Source of the DNA: Anthoceros angustus
Taxonomy: Eukaryota > Plantae > Anthocerotophyta
DNA: 64,000 nucleotides
Direction of reading: 5' to 3'
NCBI GenBank assembly: GCA_010909165.1
Contig: MU008149.1
Location: 124,001-188,000, forward strand
The stretch's first letter is position 1; every line of letters begins with the position of its first letter. Made by a program: the position numbers and the translations under genes. Positions 50,366 through 62,615 of the stretch are shown in pieces. The notes under the pieces are model-generated. The model did no database searches and had not been told where the DNA came from. It saw nothing but the letters and a program-made list of their open reading frames with translations.

Positions 50366-50945
50366 CTTACAATTGGATGCGTTTTAACCATCTTTTGAAA
50401 TGAGTGGGCCACGAAGGCCTTACAATGTCGGATGTTGTCTTAACCACGGGCTCAAAAAGGGCCTTACTATAGCGAGCTCAAAAGCGCCTTACAAAAGCGG
50501 GCTCAAAAGAGCCTTGCAACAGCAGAACCACGGGCTCGCGGGTTGAAAAGGGTCTTACAAAAGCTTTTTTAGATCGGGCTCAAAAGGGCCTTACAATAGC
50601 GGAACATGGGCTCACGGGCTCAAAAGGGCCTTACAATAGCGGAACCATGGGCTCACGGGCTCAAAGGGGCCTTACAATAGAAGAACCACGGGCTCACGGG
50701 CCTTACAATAGCGGAAGGCTTTTCTTTAGATCGGGCGGAAAAGGGCCTTCCAATAGCGCAAGCATGAGCTCACTGGCTCAAAAGGGCCTTGCAGTAGCAA
50801 AAGTTATCTTCTTTAGATCGTGCTGAAAAGGGCCTTACAGTAGCAAAAGTTGTCGTCTTTAGGTCGGGCTCTAAAGGGCCTTACAACAGCGGAACCACGG
50901 GCTCAAAGGGCCTTACAATAGGGACGTTGTCTTCTTTAGATTGCA
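50355..50945. repeat. Degenerate ~20-60-bp tandem array (GGGCTCAAAAGGGCCTTACAATAGCGGAACC core)
   Basis: More than 12 GGCCTTACAA-like cores, in the style of subterminal repeats of a decayed DNA transposon. Confidence 0.8.
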
Positions 50946-52946
50946 TGGACCATACAACAAACAACTTGACTTGCTGTGTATGCATATTCTTGTATGTACA
51001 TATGTAAGCTTATTTCATTTGTGTATTTATGTGAACCCAGGCTGGGCACAAAAGAAAGTACTAGTATGTAATCATCCTACATACATTGGATGACTTGCAT
51101 ATACTTTGAGATTCTATAGTCCCTTATTACTTCCCTTCTACGCAAACATCTTAATCTTTGTGCCATGACTCTTAGCTCTTGTGTGTGAAAAAAGAAGAAG
51201 AAGAGAATAAAAGATCTTTTTGGTGATTCATGATACCTAGACATGGTGCAAAGTGAGTGAAGTTGTAAGGTTTTTTTTTATGATTCCCTTTTATAAAGTC
51301 CAAAGCTTGTGCCTCCACTATGAGCTCACCCTTGTTTACCCATCATCAATATTACAAGTAAAAGTCTTCAGCACATATATATCATTTTTACTATGCTTAC
51401 ACGTGGATCCTTATACCCAACATGTTTGATTGCGTCACAAAATATTTTTCACTCCTAGGATAAAACTCAAAGGTAAGGAATATAAAAAAGCAAAAAAATA
51501 ATTGGAATATAAGGTCCAGGTGGGGTGCACACTGGCCTTGACAAGCGAACCGGTGGGCTGGCCTAGTTTTTGTAGAGAACAATGACAACATGAAGGGAGG
51601 AATCCCCAAATAAAGGGTTCATGGGTTCATGGTGTTGAGCGTTTTTGACTTTGAAACTGTGTGTGTGGGGAAGAATTGTGCACAACGGGGGTAGAAAGGC
51701 GAAAGGGGAAAAAATTTGGGAAATCAGGCCCGGTGACCCAAGTGGGGGTGGGCCAGCGACTGGAAAAGCGTGCACGTTTGGCTCCCAAGAAGGAGGTGGC
51801 CCAAGTGCGGCCGGCCTACGCCTACGCCCTACGCTTAACCCTGGCCGGGACCCGGCGCCCGGGTCAGGGTTAACGCTTAACCTCGGGTTAGCGGAGGGCT
51901 ACTTGTAGCGCGTGAGCCGATGGTCAGGCCCTTTACTTGCTTCCTCAATCTAAGCTTTCGGGCGTGGCCTGGACTCTACTCTGGCTCCTCTCCGCACTCT
52001 CTCTATCGCGCTCCTGCCCTCCCTCTGCCGCTCTCCTCCTGCTCCCTCTGCTGCCGCACCTGTAGCCCCTGCTGCTTCTGCTCCCGCGGCTTCACTCTCC
52101 GCCCGCGCCTGCGCTTGCTTTCGCGATCGGCCTGCTCCAGCTCCACCTCCAGCTTCAGCCCCTGCCCCTGCCCCTGCCGGTGACCCCGCGCGTGGTAGCG
52201 AGGCTGTGCGCTCCGCGGCTCGCCGCGAGCTTTGCATCCGGCCCGCCTGCGCCCGCTGCCGGAGTGTGGCGGAAGTGTGATGGTCTCGCGTGGCTGAGGG
52301 ATCTGCTGATCTCCCCGCCGCGATTCCGCTTTGTGTGCCTTCTTTCTCTGTCAATTCTGGTGTGGTTTGGTGTTGTTTTGCAGCCTGCCTTCGTCGCGGC
52401 TGGTTCCGGTCCCTTTTGTAAGTTTTGCGGCTCGTTTGCGTGCGCTTCTTGCTGTGCGTGGTGCGTGATTCCGGCGGAGCGTTGTGAGCAAAATTTGGTG
52501 TCATTTGGAGTGGTGAGGGTTTGGGGAAGGTGCGGTAGGGTTGCGAACTTGTCGTGGTGTGGTTGGATGGGAGCTTGTTGTTCTCGTCTTCGCGACGCAT
52601 TCTTGTGGAGATAATGCGAAGCGGAGCCTCTAAGCCTTCGGCCAAGCCTCCTGAAGTCCGCTCCTCCGGTGTCTAGCATTGGTGTGGAACTGTCCCGTCT
52701 TGTCGTCGTTCAGGCCTCCGTTATCTGAGCTTTGCGTCCTTGCTGCTGCCTTGTTTGAGTGAGTCTTGCTTCATCCCTGCCCGCAGCTGCTGAGCTCCCA
52801 GGGGTTTTGCCCTCGCGAGAGGGCCGTGTTACGCCTCTCTAGGTGGTGTTCAATTGCTGCTGGTGCCGGTGCCGGTGCCGCAAGGTAGCTAATTGGCTCC
52901 CCCGCAGGGAGAGGAGAGGTCGGGAGGCATTGCAGTGGGAGCGAGA

Positions 52947-54490
52947 ATGAGCTCACGTTACCAGCAGCAGAACAGTTCAGTCGCAGTGCCGAGGCATCCC
53001 AGCGCCATAGCCGCCCACCAGCAGCCTCACCCGCTGCCCTCCCATGGATGGCTCAATCAGCACATGACCGGGCTCGGTCACTCGCACTCACAGCCGGCCT
53101 TCCCGATGGGAATTTCCAGCGGCGGCTCCTTCCCGCTGGACCTCAATTCCTCCACCTTCACCTCCTCGCACCCGGCGTCCGGTGCCAACTTCCTGCTGGA
53201 TTCCAACCACCAGTTCTTCACCGACTTCAATCCTCACTCCGCCCGCCAGTCTTCAGCCATAGCCACAGCTCCAGCCTCATCCTCCATGCTGGCCGAGCCC
53301 TCCTCCCCTCGGGCTCCCAGAACAGCAACATCTCCAGCACCTCCAGCCGCGACGCACACGGCTACTGCCAGTCGCAGCAGCAGCCGCTCTACGCCCGCCA
53401 CTTCCTTCAGGTGCCAGTCCAGCAGCAGCAGCAACAGGAAGAGGAAGGCGGCCATGCTGTTGTGACGCCGCCATCTCCAGAGCCGCCGGCTGCGAGCCAG
53501 TGCAACAGCAGCAACCTTCCCTTCACCAGCCTCAGCCCGCCTAGGGCGCGCGGTCGCTGCAACACCACCATCAGGACGGCCATTCTCCTGCGAGGTGCCA
53601 ATGTGGAGTGCGAGGACGACACTGAATCCGGCGACGACGTCACGGTGGCTCTTCCTCTCGGCCCGGCAGCAGGACAGGATGCGATAGGGATGCGTGAGCT
53701 GGGATCCGCGTGCCTGGATCCGCTCAGCCTGGCGGAGCGGGGCGCGCCTACCAGATGCAGCGCAGCCGTGGCAGGCCGCCGGAAGGCCAGTACTGGATTC
53801 CCACTCCCGCGCAGATCCTTGTCGGCCCTACGCAGTTCTCCTGCCCCGTCTGCCAGAAGACCTTCAATCGCTTCAACAACATGCAGGTAATGGCACGTCC
53901 GAATTCCCTTGCTTCTTCTTCTGCATGCATTGCTGCGAGCTCGGCTATGGTGGAAGCACGCTCTTGTTTCATTCATTCGCATTTGTTTCACCTCTCACAC
54001 GCTCCTCTCCGCTCTGCCATGCTATGTACCACCAGATGCACATGTGGGGCCACGGCTCGCAGTACAGGAAGGGCCCGGAATCTCTCCGCGGGACGCAGCC
54101 GACAGCCAGGCTGCGCCTGCCGTGCTACTGCTGCCACCAGGGCTGCCGCAACAACATTGAGCACCCGCGGGCGAAGCCGCTCAAGGACTTCCGCACTCTT
54201 CAGACTCACTACAAGCGGAAGCACGGGATGAAGCCGTTCGAGTGCCGGAAGTGCGGGAAGGCGTTCGCGGTGCGGGAGACTGGCACTCACGAGAAGAATT
54301 GCGGGAAGCTGTGGTACTGCATCTGCGGCTCCGACTTCAAGCACAAGCGCAGCCTCAAGGACCACATCCGGGCATTCGGCAAGGCCACGCCGCGGGCCAG
54401 GGCAACGACTCCTGCGGCGAGGACGAGGAGGACGCCGCATCTGACGAAGTGGACGACGTCGACGACAACATGTCTGCCGGATCCCAATAA
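52947..54490 (+). CDS. WIP: WIP-family C2H2 zinc-finger transcription factor (TT1/NTT/MpWIP-like), copy 1; frameshifted as assembled
   Basis: [34 protein letters not shown], intron 53887-54035, then [19 protein letters not shown]...[32 protein letters not shown]. It has 1-2 nt deletions relative to copy 2. Confidence 0.88.
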
Positions 54491-57252
54491 CACTCACCTC
54501 GAGCTCGACCTCACCTCAGAGCCGCCACTTCGACCTGACTCCCCGCCCTGTCTGCCACCAACACACTCTCAGGTCCGTGTTTGTACATGCCAGGGACACG
54601 CTTTAGAGTCGGTTTGTAGCACGCAGTCGTCCTCTCCATCTCTAGAGACTTGCTGCCCTGACTCTCTGCAGACTCGTGCTGACTTCACTTCTCCATCTCT
54701 TCTCAAGTAGTAGACCACCCTTCTTCGTGCTTGCTTACTTATATTCATGGGCGATCCTCGCATTGCTTCTTTATTCCTTACCTTGCCTTGCTCTTCCTGC
54801 ACCCTCGGCTTCCCTTTGCCGGGGATGGGAAGCCTTATATACACCTCACCTGCTAACGCCCGCCCGCCCGCAGCGTCCTTAGAGTCGCTCCGATTCAGGT
54901 TAATTTGACCCCTTGGTTCCAGAGTTCCCTCTCCTTTTTGCGGTCCGAGCCATGGATGGGTTTTTGCGCAGCTCCAGCATGTTCCCCGGCCTCCCTCCAA
55001 CAAAACAAGCAGGCAGGTCGGATGAACGGGCTGGTGCAACTTTTTTTGTCCCGTTCTTTCTCTTGTTCCAGCCAACAGACAGGGCCGGTCCGGTGGCTGG
55101 AGCCTGCGGGTCAGATCTGGTCCTCCGCGTGATCATGTCCATGGATGGACGTGGATGGATGGAGTCATCAGGAGGCTCAGGATGGCATGCGTAGGATTTA
55201 GATGACAGGCTCAACACGGAACTTGAAGGCTGGCTAGCAGGCTTTGGCCGACAGGAGCAGGCAGGGCGGGCCAGGGTAGGGACGCAACGTTGATGCGCGT
55301 CTCAACTTTCTTGGGTTGCAGCCGGCTGCTGCTGCCATAGCCAGGGAGCTAGGACTGCCTCTGCGGGTCTCTGTGTTGGTAGCATTTGTAATTATATCAC
55401 TAGAGTTGAAGGAAACGGTTCTCATTCGTACCGTAAGTGACTTCAAAGTTGGTGACTCTTACAATTTGCACAGTTCTTTCGTCTTCCATTCTAGACCCTT
55501 CCTCCATCCCTCCTTCCTTGATGTGCTTGGACATGGACCTGGACCCCGCCCTAGAAACATCTAACCGTATGTATCTACTGCAAAGCCATCTGGACTTCCA
55601 AATTTTGTAAGCTTCCGGAAGAAGCAATGTGTTTTTGCTCTATCAAGTTGGCTTTTAAGTGCTTTCTTTCTCGTAGTCTCACGTAAGCGCCAGCCTCCGG
55701 TACAGCATCCAACTTGGGGTGCTTGCAGCGTCGATCGGTCACGCCTTGTCCCCTGCAGCGACGAGCAAGGCAGCATCTGCCTGCCGGGTGACGACGTATC
55801 CAGGTCACCCAGAAGCGTATGTACGATGTACACCGAGGGTATAAGGCGCACGGTGACGCTGATGAGGTGGCCAGTGAAAACAACGTGGCTTGCGATGACC
55901 CGCACTGGGATCGGCAAGGCAGCGTAAGTACATCCAGAGTACCGTAAGCCAGGCCCAGGCGCAGGCCCTGGGCCTCGGCCATGGGCTCCACCCTCGATCG
56001 CCATAGGCGGAGAGATGTATCCGTTTGACCAGTTCCCAGATTCGGATTTGTCGCAACATGGGGCTTGCGCACTGGGACAGATAGAGGCTTGCCACAAGAT
56101 GCCCATAAAAACTGCTTCAAAGAATAACAGCAACGCTCGCTAGAGGCCGGTACATGACATTATAGGTAGCCACTGTAGCCAGCCCACACCCTTATTCTTT
56201 CCGACACACCTCGACAGTTGTATTCCAACTGCTGGGCCTCCAGGGACGAGTTGCTTGCAGCAAAGCAAACCCGGGTCCTGGGTCCTGGGTCCTGGCTCCC
56301 GCTCCCGCTCCCGCTCCCGGCTTCGTAATCGGAATCGGAATCGGAGGCAGAGGCGGAGGCGGAGGCGGAACCGGAACCACACCCTATTTTCCATATTTTC
56401 ATGCAAAGTGATGCAGGGTGTGGCAGCCACAGACTGGGAAGGAAAAGAATCGGCGCTGCTCGGCATCCTGGCGATAAAGGGCTCGCCCCACTGGCTCCTC
56501 CTTCCTGAAATGGATCTGATCCGATGTGGGGCCGCCTCTTCTCTTTCCCAGAGGTCCTCCTCTCCTCTCCCTCGCCCTCGCCCTCGCCCTCGCCGGCCAG
56601 GGCAGAGCAAACCAAACCCTAATCCGGGATTTGGCATTTATGAATGTGGCATTAATAATATTATGGACCTCCAAACAGGAGTCGGCTCCAGACAAGGCTG
56701 GCGTCAGCAGGACGATGTTAGCTTACGGACAGATTTGGTGATGGCGCGGGCGGGTTGTTGGAAATCCCAACCTGAAGCTGGAGTCTGGACAGTGGCAAGG
56801 GCAAGGCACTGGAGACAGCCTTGGGAGCTGACACACGCTTAGCCAATGATTTGGAGGCGGTGGTCACATAGCGGCAGACTGCATTGGCTCTGCTGCTGCC
56901 CAAAGCGTGCTGGCTGGCGGGTTTGCTATTTCAAGAGGTTGGATTAGAGCAAGGCCAATAGTGTGTGCACAGGGCTTGCAGGAGATGTGAGCAGGACGCG
57001 GAAAGGAAGGTTCTTGCTGTAACCTGCTTCCAAATCGCGCTTTATTTTGTCTGTGGCGGGAACAGGTTGACTCGTGGCTTCACGATCTCCTCGTATCCGC
57101 CAAACCCACCGCCGGCAGCATTGACTGGCACTGGCAGCCGTGTGTTTGTGTGATGGCTCTGTACAGCTGTTGGAGGAGGTTTTCTGTTGGTGTGTTGATT
57201 TTGTGTGTTCGGCTGTGTTGTGTGGGGGAACTGGGACTGGGAGAGGAAGGAG

Positions 57253-60200
57253 GAGCCGATGGTCAGGCCCTTTACTTGCTTCCTCAATCTAAGCTTTCGG
57301 GCGTGGCCTGGACTCTACTCTGGCTCCTCTCCGCACTCTCTATCGCGCTCCTGCCCTCCCTCTGCCGCTCTCCTCCTGCTCCCTCTGCTGCCGCACCTGT
57401 AGCCCCTGCTTCTGCTCCAGCTTCACTCTCCGCCCGCGCCTGCGCTTGCTTTCGCGATCGGCCTGCTCCAGCTCCACCTCCAGCTTCAGCCCCTGCCCCT
57501 GCCCCTGCCGGTGACCCCGCGCGTGGTAGCGAGGCTGTGCGCTCCGCGGCTCGCCGCGAGCTTTGCATCCGGCCCGCCTGCGCCCGCTGCCGGAGTGTGT
57601 GGCGGAAGTGTGATGGTCTCGCGTGGCTGAGGGGATCTGCTGATCTCCCGCCGCGATTCCGCTTTGTGTGCCTTCTTTCTCTGTCAATTCTGGTGTGGTT
57701 TGGTGTTGTTTTGCAGCCTGCCTTCGTCGCGGCTGGTTCCGGTCCCTTTGTAAGTTTTGCGGCTCGTTTGCGTGCGCTTCTTGCTGTGCGTGGTGCGTGA
57801 TTCCGGCGGAGCGTTGTGAGCAAAATTTGGTGTCATTTGGAGTGGTGAGGGTTTGGGGAAGGTGCGGTAGGGTTGCGAACTTGTCGTGGTGTGGTTGGAT
57901 GGGAGCTTGTTGTTCTCGTCTTCGCGACGCATTCTTGTGGAGATAATGCGAAGCGGAGCCTCTAAGCCTTCGGCCAAGCCTCCTGAAGTCCGCTCCTCCG
58001 GTGTCTAGCATTGGTGTGGAACTGTCCCGTCTTGTCGTCGTTCAGGCCTCCGTTATCTGAGCTTTGCGTCCTTGCTGCCTTGTTTGAGTGAGTCTTGCTT
58101 CATCCCTGCCCGCAGCTGCTGCTGAGCTCCCAGGGTTTGCCCTCGCGAGAGGGCCGTGTTACGCCTCTCTAGGTGGTGTTCAATTGCTGCTGGTGCCGGT
58201 GCCGGTGCCGCAAGGTAGCTAATTGGCTCCCCCGCAGGGAGAGGAGAGGTCGGGAGGCATTGCAGTGGGAGCGAGAATGAGCTCACGTTACCAGCAGCAG
58301 AACAGTTCAGTCGCAGTGCCGAGGCATCCCAGCGCCATAGCCGCCCACCAGCAGCCTCACCCGCTGCCCTCCCATGGATGGCTCAATCAGCACATGACCG
58401 GGCTCGGTCACTGCACTCTCCTTTTATGACATGGGTTCATGGTGTTGAGCGTTTTGACTTTGAAACTGTGTGTGTGGGAAGAATTGTGCACAACGGGGTA
58501 GAAAGGCGAAAGGGAAAAATTTGGGAAATCAGGCCCGGTGACCCAAGTGGGGTGGGCCAGCGACTGGAAAAGCGTGCACGTTTGGCTCCCAAGAAGGAGG
58601 TGGCCCAAGTGCGGCCGGCCTACGCCTACGCCTACGCTTAACCCTGGCCGGGACCCGGCGCCCGGGTCAGGGTTAACGCTAACCTCAGGTTAGCGGAGGG
58701 CTACTTGTAGCGCGTGAGCCGATGGTCAGGCCCTTTACTTGCTTCCTCAATCTAAGCTTTCGGGCGTGGCCTGGACTCTACTCTGGCCCTCTCCGCACTC
58801 TCTATCGCGCTCCTGCCCTCCCTCTGCCGCTCTCCTCCTGCTCCTCTGCTGCCGCACCTGTAGCCCCTGCTGCTTCTGCTCCGCGGCTTCACTCTCCGCC
58901 CGCGCCTGCGCTTGCTTTCGCGATCGGCCTGCTCCAGCTCCACCTCCAGCTTCAGCCCCTGCCCCTGCCCCTGCCGGTGACCCCGCGCGTGGTAGCGAGG
59001 CTGTGCGCTCCGCGGCTCGCCGCGAGCTTTGCATCCGGCCCGCCTGCGCCCGCTGCCGGAGTGTGTGGCGGAAGTGTGATGGTCTCGCGTGGCTGAGGGG
59101 ATCTGCTGATCTCCCGCCGCGATTCCGCTTTGTGTGCCTTCTTTCTCTGTCAATTCTGGTGTGGTTTGGTGTTGTTTTGCAGCCTGCCTTCGTCGCGGCT
59201 GGTTCCGGTCCCTTTGTAAGTTTTGCGGCTCGTTTGCGTGCGCTTCTTGCTGTGCGTGGTGCGTGATTCCGGCGGAGCGTTGTGAGCAAAATTTGGTGTC
59301 ATTTGGAGTGGTGAGGGTTTGGGGAAGGTGCGGTAGGGTTGCGAACTTGTCGTGGTGTGGTTGGATGGGAGCTTGTTGTTCTCGTCTTCGCGACGCATTC
59401 TTGTGGAGATAATGCGAAGCGGAGCCTCTAAGCCTTCGGCCAAGCCTCCTGAAGTCCGCTCCTCCGGTGTCTAGCATTGGTGTGGAACTGTCCCGTCTTG
59501 TCGTCGTTCAGGCCTCCGTTATCTGAGCTTTGCGTCCTTGCTGCCTTGTTTACCCATCATCAATATTACAAGTAAAAGTCTTCAGCACATATATATCATT
59601 TTTACTATGCTTACACGTGGATCCTTATACCCAACATGTTTGATTGCGTCACAAAATATTTTTCACTCCTAGGATAAAACTCAAAGGTAAGGAATATAAA
59701 AAGCAAAAAATAATTGGAATATAAGGTCCAGGTGGGGTGCACACTGGCCTTGACAAGCGAACCGGTGGGCTGGCCTAGTTTTATGAGAACAATGACAACA
59801 TGAAGGGAGGAATCCCAAATAAAGGGTTCATGGGTTCATGGTGTTGAGCGTTTTGACTTTGAAACTGTGTGTGTGGGAAGAATTGTGCACAACGGGGTAG
59901 AAAGGCGAAAGGGGAAAAATTTGGGAAATCAGGCCCGGTGACCCAAGTGGGGTGGGCCAGCGACTGGAAAAGCGTGCACGTTTGGCTCCCAAGAAGGAGG
60001 TGGCCCAAGTGCGGCCGGCCTACGCCTACGCCTACGCTTAACCCTGGCCGGGACCCGGCGCCCGGGTCAGGGTTAACGCTTAACCTCAGGTTAGCGGAGG
60101 GCTACTTGTAGCGCGTGAGCCGATGGTCAGGCCCTTTACTTGCTTCCTCAATCTAAGCTTTCGGGCGTGGCCTGGACTCTACTCTGGCTCCTCTCCGCAC

Positions 60201-61210
60201 TCTCTATCGCGCTCCTGCCCTCCCTCTGCCGCTCTCCTCCTGCTCCCTCTGCTGCCGCACCTGTAGCCCCTGCTTCTGCTCCAGCTTCACTCTCCGCCCG
60301 CGCCTGCGCTTGCTTTCGCGATCGGCCTGCTCCAGCTCCACCTCCAGCTTCAGCCCCTGCCCCTGCCCCTGCCGGTGACCCCGCGCGTGGTAGCGAGGCT
60401 GTGCGCTCCGCGGCTCGCCGCGAGCTTTGCATCCGGCCCGCCTGCGCCCGCTGCCGGAGTGTGTGGCGGAAGTGTGATGGTCTCGCGTGGCTGAGGGGAT
60501 CTGCTGATCTCCCGCCGCGATTCCGCTTTGTGTGCCTTCTCTGTCAATTCTGGTGTGGTTTGGTGTTGTTTTGCAGCCTGCCTTCGTCGCGGCTGGTTCC
60601 GGTCCCTTTGTAAGTTTTGCGGCTCGTTTGCGTGCGCTTCTTGCTGTGCGTGGTGCGTGATTCCGGCGGAGCGTTGTGAGCAAAATTTGGTGTCATTTGG
60701 AGTGGTGAGGGTTTGGGGAAGGTGCGGTAGGGTTGCGAACTTGTCGTGGTGTGGTTGGATGGGAGCTTGTTGTTCTCGTCTTCGCGACGCATTCTTGTGG
60801 AGATAATGCGAAGCGGAGCCTCTAAGCCTTCGGCCAAGCCTCCTGAAGTCCGCTCCTCCGGTGTCTAGCATTGGTGTGGAACTGTCCCGTCTTGTCGTCG
60901 TTCAGGCCTCCGTTATCTGAGCTTTGCGTCCTTGCTGCCTTGTTTGAGTGAGTCTTGCTTCATCCCTGCCCGCAGCTGCTGAGCTCCCAGGGTTTGCCCT
61001 CGCGAGAGGGCCGTGTTACGCCTCTGGGTGGTGTTCAATTGCTGCTGGTGCCGGTGCCGGTGCCGCAAGGTAGCTGGTGGCTCCCCGCAGGAGAGGAGAG
61101 GTCGGGAGGCATTGCAGTGGGAGCGAGAATGAGCTCACGTTACCAGCAGCAGAACAGTTCAGTCGCAGTGCCGAGGCATCCCAGCGCCATAGCCGCCCAC
61201 CAGCAGCCTC
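57253..61210 (+). repeat. Three further tandem copies of the WIP upstream/leader region (51330-53080)
   Basis: Copies at 57253-58411, 58430-59550 and 59545-61210 produce repeated identical ORFs (e.g. 57684, 59150 and 60544 on the minus strand). Confidence 0.9.
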
Positions 61211-62615
61211 CTCTCTCTCCTTCCTGTAGGAGCAAGCTGGCAGACGCCGTAATCCACTGTAAATTGTGACCATTGTTCCCTTTGCTACTGCAGGCTGGCT
61301 GGAGTTGTATTCTCCTGTTGTAGCAAACGGTCTGTGCTTGAATTGCATCCCATCGCATTTATATATGTATGTGTGGTGGGTTGTGGTGGAGATTTTGTAG
61401 GGGAGAGAGAGATGGAGGTCCGAGGTGGTGTCTGTCTGCAGCTTGCCTCTGCAGTCCCCTTGTGCTCTCTCTCCACTCCATCAGATTCCTGCTTACCAAG
61501 AATAATAACCTGGCAGGGGCAAGCTGGGCAGGGCAGGGCAGGGGCAAGCCAGGATGGTATGCAGGTTATAAACGCTCCTGGAGTGACGCCGCCATCTCCA
61601 GAGCCGCCGGCTGCGAGCCAGTGCAACAGCAGCAACCTTCCCTTCACCAGCCTCAGCCCGCCTAGGGCGCGCGGTCGCTGCAACACCACCATCAGGACGG
61701 CCATTCTCCTGCGAGGTGCCAATGTGGAGTGCGAGGACGACACTGAATCCGGCGACGACGTCACGGTGGCTCTTCCTCTCGGCCCGGCAGCAGGACAGGA
61801 TGCGATAGGGATGCGTGAGCTGGGATCCGCGTGCCTGGATCCGCTCAGCCTGGCGGAGCGGGAGCGCGCCTACCAGATGCAGCGCAGCCGTGGCAGGCCG
61901 CCGGAAGGCCAGTACTGGATTCCCACTCCCGCGCAGATCCTTGTCGGCCCTACGCAGTTCTCCTGCCCCGTCTGCCAGAAGACCTTCAATCGCTTCAACA
62001 ACATGCAGGTAATGGCACGTCCGAATTCCCCTTGCTTCCTTCTGCATGCATTGCTGCGAGCTCGGCTATGGTGGAAGCACGCTCTTGTTTCATTCATTCG
62101 CATTTGTTTCACCTCTCACACGCTCCTCTCCGCTCTGCCATGCTATGTACCACCAGATGCACATGTGGGGCCACGGCTCGCAGTACAGGAAGGGCCCGGA
62201 ATCTCTCCGCGGGACGCAGCCGACAGCCAGGCTGCGCCTGCCGTGCTACTGCTGCCACCAGGGCTGCCGCAACAACATTGAGCACCCGCGGGCGAAGCCG
62301 CTCAAGGACTTCCGCACTCTTCAGACTCACTACAAGCGGAAGCACGGGATGAAGCCGTTCGAGTGCCGGAAGTGCGGGAAGGCGTTCGCGGTGCGGGGAG
62401 ACTGGCGCACTCACGAGAAGAATTGCGGGAAGCTGTGGTACTGCATCTGCGGCTCCGACTTCAAGCACAAGCGCAGCCTCAAGGACCACATCCGGGCATT
62501 CGGCAAGGGCCACGCCGCGGGCCAGGGCAACGACTCCTGCGGCGAGGACGAGGAGGACGCCGCATCTGACGAAGTGGACGACGTCGACGACAACATGTCT
62601 GCCGGATCCCAATAA
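61129..62615 (+). CDS. WIP: WIP-family C2H2 zinc-finger transcription factor, copy 2; intact ZF domain, altered N-terminus
   Basis: Intact WIP domain through [44 protein letters not shown]; intron 62009-62156. Segment 61210-61582 replaces the N-terminal coding part seen in copy 1. Confidence 0.9.

Noticed and set aside
50355-50945. CRISPR-like repeat-spacer array
   Set aside because: The units are degenerate and the intervening pieces are themselves repeated; it fits a minisatellite or transposon subterminal array.
51950-52679. Repeated minus-strand ORFs (MAEGLEAPLR..., MLDTGGADFR...) as a gene family
   Set aside because: They recur only because the WIP leader is duplicated, and the frames differ between copies.
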